Notes under the pieces: model-generated | What the model was told of the DNA's origin: nothing | What the model saw: the letters and a program-made list of their open reading frames with translations, nothing else | Databases searched by the model: none | Assembly (NCBI RefSeq): GCF_000013905.1 | Contig: NC_007969.1 | Location: forward strand, 1,950,001 to 1,982,000 | Direction: 5' to 3' | DNA from: Psychrobacter cryohalolentis K5 | Lineage (GTDB): Bacteria > Pseudomonadota > Gammaproteobacteria > Pseudomonadales > Moraxellaceae | DNA length: 32,000 nucleotides | In this document: positions 1-10,599 of the stretch, one piece after another | Layout: the number at the start of each line of letters is the position of its first letter | Position numbering within the stretch: position 1 is the stretch's first letter | Translations under genes and position numbers: made by a program

Positions 1-180
1 CAAGCATAAAAAAACCATGATGGCAGTAAGACAGCATTTTGCGTACAGCTTTGATCCTACGGTATCATCGATATCAAATAACATAGATGAATTACTTTAT
101 GACACGAGACAAGGTTGAGTTTGTTCAATACAAAAGGCAAGCTCGCAGCTTATCATCACCACAGACATCATACTCATTAA

Positions 181-212
181 CAATACCAATACCAATACCA
201 ATACCAATACCA
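181..212. repeat. Hexanucleotide tandem repeat (CAATAC)x5 plus CA
   Basis: Read directly: caatac repeated five times at 181-210, followed by ca. It translates as IPIPIP, LVLVLV or GIGIGI depending on frame and strand. Confidence 0.95.
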
Positions 213-226
213 GCGACCCTATGGAA

Positions 227-472
227 TCATCGCGAATACAGCACGAGGAATACCGAAGCAAACGTCCCCTGAATATCGGTATCTGGATACGCAAATATCG
301 TCGAGCGATTGGGCAATTGCTGTAATAACTGCCTAGCAATTTTGGGCTTAATCAGCGCTGTGATATCGACAATATCACTAGGACGTAAAGTCTGCACCGC
401 ATCAATCGCGCGCTTAAAATCCTGTCTTTCAATAGTATCGCTTAACTTTACTGATATGTCTTTATTATTCAT
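227..472 (-). CDS. Short ORF (81 aa from ATG at 472), possibly a gene remnant, with weak resemblance to an MgtE N-terminal domain
   Basis: Part of track ORF 227..532. The internal ATG at 470-472 is preceded by GGGATAAGGTG. The motif LRPSDIVDI...LLQQLP recalls MgtE_N (from memory, weak). The ORF stops about 15 nt before the hexamer repeat and no other frame continues the similarity. Its start lies only ~40 nt downstream of the bdhA terminator. Confidence 0.25.
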   Translation of the reverse strand: MNNKDISVKLSDTIERQDFKRAIDAVQTLRPSDIVDITALIKPKIARQLLQQLPNRSTIFAYPDTDIQGTFASVFLVLYSR

Positions 473-511
473 CACCTTATCCCTGCGCTCAAGATAGCCC
501 AACGAGTACTC

Positions 512-540
512 ATAAAAAAGAGCCAATATCATTGGCTCTG
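512..540 (-). terminator. Rho-independent terminator of the scoAB-bdhA operon
   Basis: Perfect 8-bp stem gagccaat (520-527) / attggctc (531-538) with a 3-nt loop. A run of A at 514-519 on the plus strand gives a T run on the minus strand after the hairpin. It lies ~95 nt downstream of the bdhA stop. Confidence 0.6.
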
Positions 541-633
541 GTCAATATAAAACTAAATCCTAGTCGATTGGTCTTTTTTAGGAAGCTTATAGCAATTAAG
601 CTGACTGACCAAACAAGTTCTTAATTCGTACTA

Positions 634-1437
<804 letters not shown>

Positions 1438-1560
1438 TTATCCTTAATAATAGGTGATGGTGTGTAGTGATGAATGAAGCCTATAAATAAGCCACTAAAA
1501 TATAGTGGCTATTAAAAAATTTACTAATCAGTATTTGAACTATTAAGTGGTTTATCAAAG

Positions 1561-2190
1561 CTATTGAGCAATGCTCACTGGTGTTTTTTCTTGTAGCTCA
1601 TCGAAGCTAACACCATCTGCTAACTCAACCAGTTTTAGACCATTATCAGTCACATCAAGTACCGCAAGCTCTGTGATAATACGATCAACAACGCCTTTCC
1701 CTGTCAGTGGTAATTCGCAATTGGCAAGGATTTTTGGCTCGCCGTGTTTATTAACTTGCTCCATGAGCACAATCACACGCTGTACGCCTGCGACCAAATC
1801 CATCGCGCCGCCCATGCCTTTAACCATTTTTTTGGGAATCATCCAGTTTGCCAAATCGCCCTGCTCTGAGACTTCCATCGCGCCCAATATTGCAAGGTTA
1901 ACATGACCGCCACGAATCATCGCAAACGACTCTGAACTACTAAAATAACTCGCACCTGATTCGGCAGTGACCGTTTGTTTACCTGCATTAATCAAATCTG
2001 CATCGACGTTTTCTGCAGTAGGAAACTCGCCAATACCTAATAAGCCGTTTTCTGACTGTAGCCAGACATCGACGTCTTTAGGGATATAGTTTGCAACGAG
2101 TGTCGGTAGACCGATGCCTAAGTTAACATAATAACCGTCTTGTAACTCTTGTGCGGCACGCTGTGCCATCTGCTCTCTTGTCCATGCCAT
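1561..2190 (-). CDS. scoB: Succinyl-CoA:3-ketoacid CoA-transferase subunit B
   Basis: 209 aa. The N-terminus [30 protein letters not shown] and the catalytic-Glu motif LQSENG are characteristic of the family I CoA-transferase beta subunit. Confidence 0.92.
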   Translation of the reverse strand: MAWTREQMAQRAAQELQDGYYVNLGIGLPTLVANYIPKDVDVWLQSENGLLGIGEFPTAENVDADLINAGKQTVTAESGASYFSSSESFAMIRGGHVNLAILGAMEVSEQGDLANWMIPKKMVKGMGGAMDLVAGVQRVIVLMEQVNKHGEPKILANCELPLTGKGVVDRIITELAVLDVTDNGLKLVELADGVSFDELQEKTPVSIAQ

Positions 2191-2266
2191 GATAGCTTCC
2201 TTAATTTTTACGATATTCTATTACTATAAATTTAATAATTTATTAATTATGCTGTAATCGCAATGA

Positions 2267-2980
2267 CTAAGCGCCTTCGACCACTTTAGTTGTTGTCTTT
2301 TCGATACGCTTTTCAGGGCTGCTATTCAATACGATACGCTGCACAAAAATACCCGGCAGATGAATCTCATCAGGATTTAAGGTGCCTGTTTCTACGATCT
2401 CTTCAACTTCAACAATAGTAATCTTGCCCGCCATCGCACAGTCTGGATTAAAATTACGCGCCGTTTTATTAAAGATTAAGTTACCTGCTTTATCCGCTTT
2501 CTGCGCTTTGATTAGAGACACATCAGCGCGTAATGAATGCTCAAGCACATAAGTACGACCGTCAAATTCGCGGGTTTCTTTGCCTTCAGCAACTAAGGTA
2601 CCAACGCCGGTTGCGGTATAAAATGCCGGAATACCTGCACCACCTGAACGTAGTTTTTCTGCTAAGGTGCCTTGCGGGGTCAGCTCAACTTCCAACTCGC
2701 CTGCCAAGTACTGGCGCTCAAACTCTTTATTTTCACCCACATAAGATGAGATCATTTTTTTAATTTGGCGCGTCTGTAATAACAATCCCAAGCCAAAGTC
2801 ATCGACACCAGCGTTATTACTGATGCACGTCAAATCTTCAACACCACTATCCCGCAATGCTTCGATTAACGCTTCAGGAATACCGCATAGACCAAAACCA
2901 CCGATCGCCAGCGTTTGTCCGTTACGCACAACACCACTCAACGCCGCTTCTGCGCTGTTATACACCTTTGATTGACTCAT
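2267..2980 (-). CDS. scoA: Succinyl-CoA:3-ketoacid CoA-transferase subunit A
   Basis: 237 aa. The motifs ...[13 protein letters not shown]... and ...[14 protein letters not shown]... are typical of the alpha subunit. It lies directly upstream of scoB. Confidence 0.92.
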   Translation of the reverse strand: MSQSKVYNSAEAALSGVVRNGQTLAIGGFGLCGIPEALIEALRDSGVEDLTCISNNAGVDDFGLGLLLQTRQIKKMISSYVGENKEFERQYLAGELEVELTPQGTLAEKLRSGGAGIPAFYTATGVGTLVAEGKETREFDGRTYVLEHSLRADVSLIKAQKADKAGNLIFNKTARNFNPDCAMAGKITIVEVEEIVETGTLNPDEIHLPGIFVQRIVLNSSPEKRIEKTTTKVVEGA

Positions 2981-3033
2981 GCTTATCTCCTTGCACGTCT
3001 CATTTTTATTATTTACATTGATTCATTATAGGT

Positions 3034-3051
3034 TTTGCTTATTTAAGCAAA
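3034..3051. promoter_or_regulatory. Candidate operator palindrome in the scoA / permease divergent intergenic region
   Basis: tttgctta-tt-taagcaaa, with perfect 8-bp arms and a 2-bp spacer. It lies ~55 nt upstream of the scoA start codon. Confidence 0.3.
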
Positions 3052-3278
3052 CACTAGACTACCAATCAGTTTTATATTTAAAGCAATACAATTTATATCA
3101 CTATAAAATCTAGCGTACAGCTGTAATAACTTAACATATAATTCTAGCAGCGACTAGACAATAATATAAAGCGCGTACAAGGCAGCGCAGCTTGAGCAAT
3201 ATGGGTGAGGTTACCATTCTAATTGTCTAAAATAATGTTTGATAAAATACGTTAAATTGCCCGTTACGTTTAATTTTA

Positions 3279-3307
3279 TTGACGTATTTCCCTATGCCCT
3301 GCATACT
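3279..3307 (+). promoter_or_regulatory. Candidate sigma70 promoter for the GntP-family permease gene
   Basis: TTGACG (3279-3284), a 17-nt spacer, then CATACT (3302-3307). A strong SD AAGGAGGG at 3326-3333 precedes the ATG at 3339. Confidence 0.35.
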
Positions 3308-3338
3308 CTCAGGCTTAACTTAGCCAAGGAGGGCGATC

Positions 3339-4754
3339 ATGTTTAGCACACTTGCTATTATTATTACTTTATTACTTTTGATGTTCTTTGCTTATCGCGG
3401 TTATTCCGTACTGATTTTAGCGCCAATTATGGCTGCTTTAGCCGTACTGCTTTCAGGTGATTTTTTAAGCAGTATTCCTGCTTATACTGATGTCTTTATG
3501 GGCGCATTGAGTGGCTTCCTACTCAAATTCTTTCCTATCTTCTTATTGGGCGCACTCTTTGGCCGTTTGATGGCAGATTCTGGGGCGGCAACAGCGATTG
3601 CCAAAACGGTGGTCGAAAAGCTTGGTGCCAGTAAAGCAATTTTGGCGGTTATCTTAGTTTGCGGTATTTTGACCTATGGCGGTGTGTCACTGTTTGTCGT
3701 GGCATTTGCTATTTATCCAATCGCCAAAGACTTGTTTAAAGCTGCTGATATTCCTAAGCGCTTGATTCCAGCAGCGATTGCCCTAGGTTCGTTTACCTTT
3801 ACCATGACAGCATTACCTGGCACGCCTGCCATTCAGAATGCTATTCCGATTCCTTATTACAATACCAACGTATTTGCCGCACCTGTCTTGGGGCTTATTG
3901 GTGGTACGATCATGTTTGTCTGTGGTTGGTTGTGGTTGCAATCGCGTGCCAGAAAAGCGAATGCCGCTGGTGAAGGATATGGTCAGCATGATGAGAGTGA
4001 TGTAGGCGGTGTTGGTGGAGGCGCAGCAGAGACCAACTTGCTTAGTACCCATCATACCTCATTCACCGTTGCGATGATTCCTCTGATACTGGTCATCATT
4101 TTGAACGCTTTACTAACTTACTTTGTCTTCCCATCGATGGATTTTAGTGGTCTACAGACTCAGTTCCCAGATTTGAATATCGCAGGTTCGCTTGGTCTAT
4201 GGTCGATCATCCTCTCATTGGTTGTAGCTTGTATCGTGCTAATCGTCATGCGTCTCGGTCATTGGACCAACCTACAAAAAACCATCAACCGCGGTACTTA
4301 TGACTCGATGTTACCGATCTTTAACACCGCGTCGGAAGTAGGCTATGGTGCCGTTATCGCGTCATTAGCAGGCTTTCTTCTCATTCGTGATAGTATCTTG
4401 AATCTAACGCCAGACAATCCGCTCATCTCAGAAGCAGTCGCTATGACCACGCTGGCTGGTATTACTGGCTCATCATCTGGTGGTTTGAGTATCGCACTTT
4501 CAACCTTGGGTGAAGACTATCTAAGAATGGCAGTCGCAGCCGGTATTGATCCAGAACTCATGCATCGAGTGGCGGTAATGGCAGCAGGCGGTTTGGATAC
4601 TTTGCCGCACAGTGGTGCGGTCATTACCTTGTTGGCCATTTGTGGTCTGACACATAAACAGTCCTACTTAAACTTGGCAATGGTCACTATGATTATTCCA
4701 CTGATTGCTGTCGTCGTTGTCATTACCTTGGGCACGATGTTTGGTTCATTTTAA
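3339..4754 (+). CDS. GntP-family (gluconate:H+ symporter family) permease, probably a 3-hydroxybutyrate or short-chain hydroxy-acid transporter given its neighbours
   Basis: 471 aa and polytopic. It has a hydrophilic central loop and hydrophobic halves as in GntP-type permeases. It is divergent from scoAB-bdhA. The substrate is inferred from context only. Confidence 0.75.
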   Translation: MFSTLAIIITLLLLMFFAYRGYSVLILAPIMAALAVLLSGDFLSSIPAYTDVFMGALSGFLLKFFPIFLLGALFGRLMADSGAATAIAKTVVEKLGASKAILAVILVCGILTYGGVSLFVVAFAIYPIAKDLFKAADIPKRLIPAAIALGSFTFTMTALPGTPAIQNAIPIPYYNTNVFAAPVLGLIGGTIMFVCGWLWLQSRARKANAAGEGYGQHDESDVGGVGGGAAETNLLSTHHTSFTVAMIPLILVIILNALLTYFVFPSMDFSGLQTQFPDLNIAGSLGLWSIILSLVVACIVLIVMRLGHWTNLQKTINRGTYDSMLPIFNTASEVGYGAVIASLAGFLLIRDSILNLTPDNPLISEAVAMTTLAGITGSSSGGLSIALSTLGEDYLRMAVAAGIDPELMHRVAVMAAGGLDTLPHSGAVITLLAICGLTHKQSYLNLAMVTMIIPLIAVVVVITLGTMFGSF

Positions 4755-4816
4755 TTGGGTTGAATCAGTAAAGCATATAATGAAGTCAATTTAAAAAACG
4801 GACAGCTTTACTGTTT

Positions 4817-4876
4817 TAAAGCGCTCATAAAAACCCCGCTAAGCAAAAGCTTAGCGGGGTTTTTATGAGCGCTTTA
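4817..4876. terminator. Bidirectional rho-independent terminator embedded in a 28-bp perfect inverted repeat
   Basis: Left arm 4817-4844 (taaagcgctcataaaaaccccgctaagc), loop aaaa at 4845-4848, right arm 4849-4876. I checked every base pair by hand. The GC-rich core ccccgc/gcgggg is flanked by A5 and T5. Confidence 0.75.
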
Positions 4877-4939
4877 TAAGGATTTACTATGTTGGACTTT
4901 TATCATAAATATCAATAAATACATTACACTTATTATAAC

Positions 4940-5015
4940 GCACTACTGGTATAAACTTTTCTTGCTTGCTATGCCTACGCAGACAGAGTCTACGAATAAT
5001 TAATACCAGTAGCGC
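4940..5015. repeat. Intergenic imperfect-palindrome repeat element, copy 1 of 3
   Basis: Terminal inverted arms gcactactggtat (4940-4952) and ataccagtagcgc (5003-5015). The core ...cttgcttgctatgcctacgcagacagag... is the reverse complement of the core of copy 2 at 12667-12743. Confidence 0.8.
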
Positions 5016-5159
5016 TGCACTCTTCTAAAAATGAATCAACTATAGCGCTTATTACCGTATTAATTCGTAAGGAATATCACAAATTTAGCCGAATTACGGT
5101 ATCATAGGCACACTTTTTCAATTTCTATTGATAACCAACCCGTTTATATAAGAATATAG

Positions 5160-7265
5160 GTGATGAAAGTGCGTGAGATTTTAGTAACCAGTGCCCTGCC
5201 CTACGCCAATGGAGACATTCACTTGGGGCATCTTGTAGAGTATATCCAAACTGATATTTGGGTACGGTCGATGAAGGCGCAAGGTCATAAGGTGACTTAT
5301 GTCTGTGCGGATGATGCTCATGGTACTGCCATCATGCTCAAAGCCGAAGACAATGGCGTAACACCAGAACAGCAAATTGCCAATGTGCAAGCTGCTCATG
5401 AAGCCGATTTTGCTAAGTTTTTGATTAATTTTGACAATTATCATTCAACGCATTCAGAAGAAAATCGGGAATTTTCTGAGCTAATTTATCGCCGCCTTAG
5501 AGATGCAGGTCATATCTCTACTCGTGATGTGGAGCAGCTATTTGACCCTGAAAAACAGCTGTTTTTAGCCGATCGTTTTGTTAAAGGTACCTGCCCTGAG
5601 TGCGCCGCTACCGACCAATATGGTGATAATTGTGAAGTTTGTGGTACGACTTATGATGCGACAGAACTTAAAAATCCGTACTCTACGTTATCAAATGCGA
5701 CGCCTATTCTAAAGACTTCAAAGCATTATTTCTTTGACTTACCAGAGTTTGAGCAATTTTTAAAGGATTGGACGCGCAGTGATAATCGCTTGCAAACCTC
5801 AGTTGCTAATAAGCTGCAAGAGTGGTTCGATGCCGGCTTGACCAGTTGGGATATCTCGCGTGATGCGCCCTACTTTGGCTTTCAAATTCCAGACACGCCA
5901 AGCGATGAGCCAGACAAATACTTCTACGTATGGCTAGATGCGCCTGTTGGCTATATGGCAAGCTTTCAGAACTTGTGTGATAAACGTGCAGGTACAGAAG
6001 AGGCTCTAGACTTTGACCATTATTGGGCGCAAGAAAACGAGCATAAAACCGAGGTTTATCACTTCATCGGTAAAGACATCGTTTATTTCCATGCGCTATT
6101 TTGGCCTGCCATGCTTGCTGGTAGTGAACTCCGTACACCAACTGGCGTCTTTGCTCATGGCTTCTTGATGGTCAACGGCGAAAAAATGAGTAAGTCGCGC
6201 GGCACCTTTATTAAAGCCGACACTTATGCTGAGCATTTGCATCCTGAGTACTTGCGTTATTATTTTGCGAGTAAGTTATCTGACAAAGTCGAGGACATTA
6301 ACCTTGATTTAGAAGACTTTATGCAAAAGGTTAACTCTGATCTCGTTGGTAAAGTAGTCAATATCGCCAGTCGCAGCGCTGGATTTTTGGTCAAAAAGTA
6401 TGATGGTATGCTGACAGACGTCTGTGCTGAGCCAAGCCTATTAGAAGACATCACCAAGACGGGCGATGAAATTGCTGCGGCTTATGAAAACCGTGAATTT
6501 TCTCGTGCCATGCGCCTGATTATGCAGTGTGCTGATAAAGCCAATGAATACATCGATGACAAAAAACCGTGGGCGCTTGCCAAGGTTGAAGGCGCAGAGC
6601 AAGAAGTTCAAGACGTCTGCTCAGTAGCAATCAATATCTTCCGTCAATTAATGGTATATCTTGCGCCTGTATTACCTGAGCTGACTGCCAATGCTAAAGA
6701 ATTTTTGAACATTGATGATTTAAGTTTTGCCAGCCGTAATGAGTGGTTGCTTGGTCATCAAATTAATAAGTTTAAACCACTGATGCAGCGTATTGAAGAA
6801 AAAGATATTGCAGCGATGGTTGAAGATTCTAAAGCCTCATTGACACAAGTAGGTGCGCCTACCGCTAGCCAAGACGATAAAGCAGCAGCAAAAAATACCT
6901 CGCCTGCAGCAATGCCAAGCAGTACCGAACAAGCAGACTATATCGGTATCGAGGACTTTGCCAAAGTCGAGATGAAAGTCGCTCATGTTATCGCTTGCAA
7001 CCATGTCGAAGGCGCGGACAAACTGCTTCAGTTCACACTAGATGTTGGTGAAGCACAACCTCGCAACGTCTTTAGTGGTATTCGCAAATTCTATGAGCCT
7101 GAGCAATTACAAGGTAAAAAGGTTATTTGCGTGACCAATTTGGCACCGCGTAAGATGAAATTTGGCATATCAGAAGGCATGGTATTGTCGTCAGGCGACC
7201 CGAAAACAGGTCTGGTGGTAATTACCTTACCTGATGAAGCCGTTATCGGTGATTCACTGGCTTAA
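5160..7265 (+). CDS. metG: Methionyl-tRNA synthetase
   Basis: HIGH motif (DIHLGH), KMSKS, a zinc knuckle CPEC...CEVCG, and a C-terminal EMAPII-like tRNA-binding domain. The start is ambiguous between GTG 5160, ATG 5163 and GTG 5169. The SD AGGTGA at 5158-5163 favours 5169, giving [15 protein letters not shown]. Confidence 0.95.
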   Translation: MMKVREILVTSALPYANGDIHLGHLVEYIQTDIWVRSMKAQGHKVTYVCADDAHGTAIMLKAEDNGVTPEQQIANVQAAHEADFAKFLINFDNYHSTHSEENREFSELIYRRLRDAGHISTRDVEQLFDPEKQLFLADRFVKGTCPECAATDQYGDNCEVCGTTYDATELKNPYSTLSNATPILKTSKHYFFDLPEFEQFLKDWTRSDNRLQTSVANKLQEWFDAGLTSWDISRDAPYFGFQIPDTPSDEPDKYFYVWLDAPVGYMASFQNLCDKRAGTEEALDFDHYWAQENEHKTEVYHFIGKDIVYFHALFWPAMLAGSELRTPTGVFAHGFLMVNGEKMSKSRGTFIKADTYAEHLHPEYLRYYFASKLSDKVEDINLDLEDFMQKVNSDLVGKVVNIASRSAGFLVKKYDGMLTDVCAEPSLLEDITKTGDEIAAAYENREFSRAMRLIMQCADKANEYIDDKKPWALAKVEGAEQEVQDVCSVAINIFRQLMVYLAPVLPELTANAKEFLNIDDLSFASRNEWLLGHQINKFKPLMQRIEEKDIAAMVEDSKASLTQVGAPTASQDDKAAAKNTSPAAMPSSTEQADYIGIEDFAKVEMKVAHVIACNHVEGADKLLQFTLDVGEAQPRNVFSGIRKFYEPEQLQGKKVICVTNLAPRKMKFGISEGMVLSSGDPKTGLVVITLPDEAVIGDSLA

Positions 7266-7304
7266 AAACGTTAAATTAATCAAGTAATAATAAAAGAACA
7301 AAAC

Positions 7305-7332
7305 AAAAAACGGTCTAAATAGACCGTTTTTT
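7305..7332. terminator. Bidirectional rho-independent terminator between the convergent metG and the secreted-protein gene
   Basis: A6 (7305-7310), stem cggtct (7311-7316), loop aaat, stem agaccg (7321-7326), then T6 (7327-7332). Confidence 0.7.
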
Positions 7333-7364
7333 ATGTTAAAAAGAATAGAAAGTAAGCTTGCTGT

Positions 7365-7802
7365 TTATCTGGTCAAAATATCAATGATCTGCAACGTATC
7401 ATTAACGACCGTCACAATTTTATTTTCTGGCGTGCGAATACGAACATAGCGGTCATCATAACGGTCTAAAATTACCGAACGATCATAAATATCTCTATCA
7501 ATGTTGCCGACTACTCTGTAACCGTATTGATCGAGATCACGCTTGAATGAGGCGTTAGAGTTAGCATGATGATAAGCATTAATGTTAGGCTGGGCATTGC
7601 TGCTATAACCATTTTTAAATTTATATTTTTCTAACTGATGCTGCTTAAGCTGTACTTGTTCATGCTTATCTTTACCGACATACGCAGATTTGCCCTTGCC
7701 ATGATTATTACCGTGACCCTCTTTTGCCATAGCAGGTAAGGAAATCAATGAGATCGCTGTAATGCCAGCGATGGTTAATAACTTAAGATTAGTAGTGTTC
7801 AT
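7365..7802 (-). CDS. Hypothetical secreted protein with a His/Lys/Gly-rich N-terminal region
   Basis: 145 aa. Signal peptide MNTTNLKLLTIAGITAISLISLPAMA followed by KEGHGNNHGKGK. SD AAGGA lies 7 nt upstream of the ATG. I recognise no family. A faint RcnB-like C-terminal pattern is not reliable. Confidence 0.6.
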   Translation of the reverse strand: MNTTNLKLLTIAGITAISLISLPAMAKEGHGNNHGKGKSAYVGKDKHEQVQLKQHQLEKYKFKNGYSSNAQPNINAYHHANSNASFKRDLDQYGYRVVGNIDRDIYDRSVILDRYDDRYVRIRTPENKIVTVVNDTLQIIDILTR

Positions 7803-8224
7803 AATGTCATCCTTAAAATATTCATTTGAAAAAGATTAAGTAGATGGTAGAGTCTGTTGAACATTCACTAATGTCAGCATGATTAATAATGATATGGATT
7901 TCAGACTCACTGTAACTTTCGTATAGAAATTAGCTTGCGTTCATTATAAAGTGCGTTTGTAATCGCTGAATTGCTGGTTTGTGCGTTTTTTAAGCAGCGT
8001 TTTGCCGAATAAAGATGATTTTGCCAAATAAAACAGTCAATACTTGCTTTAATAACACTGGTGACGAATACGCTTTAATTTTTTATTGCGATAAGTTACA
8101 TTACTGTCATAATATGAACATAATGATCAATGGATTGATTACTTTGATGTTAGCCCGTTATCTCAGCATTCACATAACATTGACTCGGGTAACCTGCACT
8201 TTCTAACCTACGAGCCACTATAAA

Positions 8225-9274
8225 ATGATTTTTGCTACTACTTTACGCTTTAGCCTACTTGGTGCTGCGATGAGCGCCGCGCTTGGATTATCAGCCTGCT
8301 CTAAACCTGCAGATACTACAACGACCACCGATGACAGTACCACTACTGCTCAAAAACCTACCAAAACATTGGCAATCACTCAAATCGTTGAGCATCCCTC
8401 ATTGGATGATATGCGTCGCGGCATTATTGATGAGTTGGCGGACAACGGTTATGTCGAAGGTCAAAATCTAAAGGTTAACTTTCAAAGTGCGCAAGGCAAT
8501 ACCGCAACCGCAGGACAAATCGCCAAGCAGTTTGTCGGCGACAATCCTGATGCCATCGTCGCTATCTCAACCCCATCGGCACAATCTATCGTCTCTGCAA
8601 CCACGACCATACCAATTATATATACCGCTGTCTCAGACCCACTGGGTGCCAAATTGATCACTGCAGATGGTAAACCCTTTCAAAGCAATTTAACCGGATT
8701 ATCAAGCCAATTACCATTAGAGCCACAGCTAGATTTGCTACAAAAAATCAAGCCTGACCTCAAAACCATTGGCTATGTATACAGTCCTGGTGAAGCCAAC
8801 TCGGTATCATTGCGTGATGCGCTTAAAAAAGCGCTGCCGGCACGTGGCTTATCATTACTAGATATTCCAGCCAACCGTCCAACCGATATCGGTATGGCGA
8901 CACGTAGCTTACAGGGTCGCGCAGATATTATTTATACCTCGTTTGACAATAATGTTGCCTCAGCCTTTGAAGCGATGGCACAAGCTGCCAATGAGCTAAA
9001 GCTGCCTATTGTTGCCTCTGATGAATTCAGTGTCCAACGCGGCGCCACAGCAGCACTTGGTGTCAATGATTATGATTTTGGTCGTACGACAGGTAAGATG
9101 GTTTATCGCATTTTAAATGGTGAAGCGGTCAGTACCGTTAAGCCTGAAGTCATGAACGAATTGACACTCTACGTCAGCCCTAAACATGCTAAAACGCAAG
9201 GTGTAGTACTGTCAGATGAGCTGTTGAAAAATGCTATTAATGTCGATGAAAAAGTAAAAACTGCCAGCAAATAA
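8225..9274 (+). CDS. ABC transporter substrate-binding lipoprotein (ABC_sub_bind family), paralog 1
   Basis: 349 aa. Lipobox LSAC followed by a Thr/Asp-rich linker. The block ITQIVEHPSLDDMRRGIIDEL...NFQSAQGNTATAGQIAKQFV is nearly identical to the same block in the next gene. Confidence 0.85.
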   Translation: MIFATTLRFSLLGAAMSAALGLSACSKPADTTTTTDDSTTTAQKPTKTLAITQIVEHPSLDDMRRGIIDELADNGYVEGQNLKVNFQSAQGNTATAGQIAKQFVGDNPDAIVAISTPSAQSIVSATTTIPIIYTAVSDPLGAKLITADGKPFQSNLTGLSSQLPLEPQLDLLQKIKPDLKTIGYVYSPGEANSVSLRDALKKALPARGLSLLDIPANRPTDIGMATRSLQGRADIIYTSFDNNVASAFEAMAQAANELKLPIVASDEFSVQRGATAALGVNDYDFGRTTGKMVYRILNGEAVSTVKPEVMNELTLYVSPKHAKTQGVVLSDELLKNAINVDEKVKTASK

Positions 9275-9413
9275 TCGCTGGTAGATAAGAGTGAATACGC
9301 AGTAAATATCTTATAATTTATAACAAACACTGTTTATAACCGCAGTACGTAAGACCTTCTATCTATCTTTTATATAATGTACGGACACATTATTATTTTC
9401 AGGAGTAAGACCC

Positions 9414-10439
9414 ATGTTGTATCAGAATCGTTTTGCCAAAGCTCTTTTATGGGGCGGTATATGTACCGCTATTTTGACTGGTTGTAATCAGCCAGCTAAA
9501 GAAGGTACCGCGACTGATGGTACTGCGGGCACCGATACCACAACAGAAATGAAAACGGTTGCTATTACTGCTATCGTTGAGCATCCAGCACTTGATGCCG
9601 TACGTAAAGGCGTAATCGATGAGCTAAACGATGCCGGCTTTAAAGATGGTGAAAACCTGAAAGTCAACTTCCAAAGTGCTCAAGGTAATACTGCTACTGC
9701 TGGTCAGATTGCCAAGCAATTCGTCGCCGACAATTCAGACGTTATCATTGCTATTGGTACGCCATCGGCTCAGTCAGTTGCTGCTGCCACCAGCAGTATT
9801 CCACTGGTATTTTCAGCAGTTACTGATCCGGTTGAAGCCAAACTGGTCTCAAAACTTGATGGTTCTGGCACCAACGTCACCGGTGGTTCTGATGCGCTTC
9901 CTTATGAGCCACAAATCGACTTGATGCGCCAAATTATTCCTAGTCTCAAAAACGTCGGCTACGTCTATAGCCCAGGTGAAGTCAACTCAACGATTATCCT
10001 AAAAAATCTAAAAGAAAAACTGACGCCACTTGGCATCAAAGTACATGAAGCCCCTGCCCAGCGTAGTACTGATATTGCGATGGCAGCACGCAGCCTAGAA
10101 GGTAAGGTCGATATGATCTATACCTCAACGGATAATAACGTGGTTTCAGCTTATGAGTCACTATATCAAGCCGCTAAAGAAAGTAAGATTCCGTTAATTG
10201 CTTCGGATACCAGCTCAGTTGAGCGCGGTGCTATCGCAGCATTGGGCGTCAACTATTATGATCTTGGTCGTGAAACTGGCAAAATCGTTGTACGTATCTT
10301 AAATGGTGAAAAAGCAGGCGCAATTCCCGTATACACGCCAAAAGTTCTTGACTTATATGTCAGCCCAAAACATGCTAAAGAGCAAGGCATCACCTTACCA
10401 CAAGCGGTTATTGATAAAGCAAAAGAAGTGGTAGAGTAA
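9414..10439 (+). CDS. ABC transporter substrate-binding lipoprotein (ABC_sub_bind family), paralog 2
   Basis: 341 aa. Lipobox LTGC. It aligns collinearly with the upstream paralog along its full length (ITAIVEHPALDAVRKGVIDEL...NFQSAQGNTATAGQIAKQFV...YVSPKHAK). Confidence 0.85.
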   Translation: MLYQNRFAKALLWGGICTAILTGCNQPAKEGTATDGTAGTDTTTEMKTVAITAIVEHPALDAVRKGVIDELNDAGFKDGENLKVNFQSAQGNTATAGQIAKQFVADNSDVIIAIGTPSAQSVAAATSSIPLVFSAVTDPVEAKLVSKLDGSGTNVTGGSDALPYEPQIDLMRQIIPSLKNVGYVYSPGEVNSTIILKNLKEKLTPLGIKVHEAPAQRSTDIAMAARSLEGKVDMIYTSTDNNVVSAYESLYQAAKESKIPLIASDTSSVERGAIAALGVNYYDLGRETGKIVVRILNGEKAGAIPVYTPKVLDLYVSPKHAKEQGITLPQAVIDKAKEVVE

Positions 10440-10563
10440 CTGCCTTTTACATAATCAGTATAAAACAAACAGTAGATGATAATGTTGATTGCGCAAGCTG
10501 CCATTATCGTCTACATTAGCTTTACCTTGCTATTTATTGGTACGAATTATTGCTACAAACAAA

Positions 10564-10599
10564 ACCCAGCTATGTGTCAGTAGGCTGGGCTTGTTGTTT
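10564..10599 (+). terminator. Possible partial terminator or attenuator between the binding-protein genes and the permease gene
   Basis: acccagc (10564-10570) pairs with gctgggc (10584-10590) over a 13-nt loop, followed by the T-rich ttgttgttt. It lies within the 348-bp gap before the permease gene. Confidence 0.35.

Noticed and set aside
87-339. Track ORFs 87..272 (+) and 97..339 (-) spanning the hexamer repeat (IPIPIPIPIP / LVLVLVLVLVL)
   Set aside because: Their only distinctive feature is the translated microsatellite. They have no ribosome-binding site and no recognisable domain, and they overlap each other on opposite strands. I treat them as translation artefacts of the repeat.
8015-8206. 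63-aa ORF upstream of the first binding-protein gene
   Set aside because: It lies in an AT-rich promoter region, has no Shine-Dalgarno sequence, and is Cys/Asn/Ile-rich with no domain. It is more likely regulatory DNA than a gene.
8283-10504. ORFs 8283..8471 (+), 9676..9924 (+) and 10256..10504 (-)
   Set aside because: The first two are alternative frames within the binding-protein genes. The third is antisense to the 3' end of the second binding-protein gene and runs into the spacer. None has coding-like composition.
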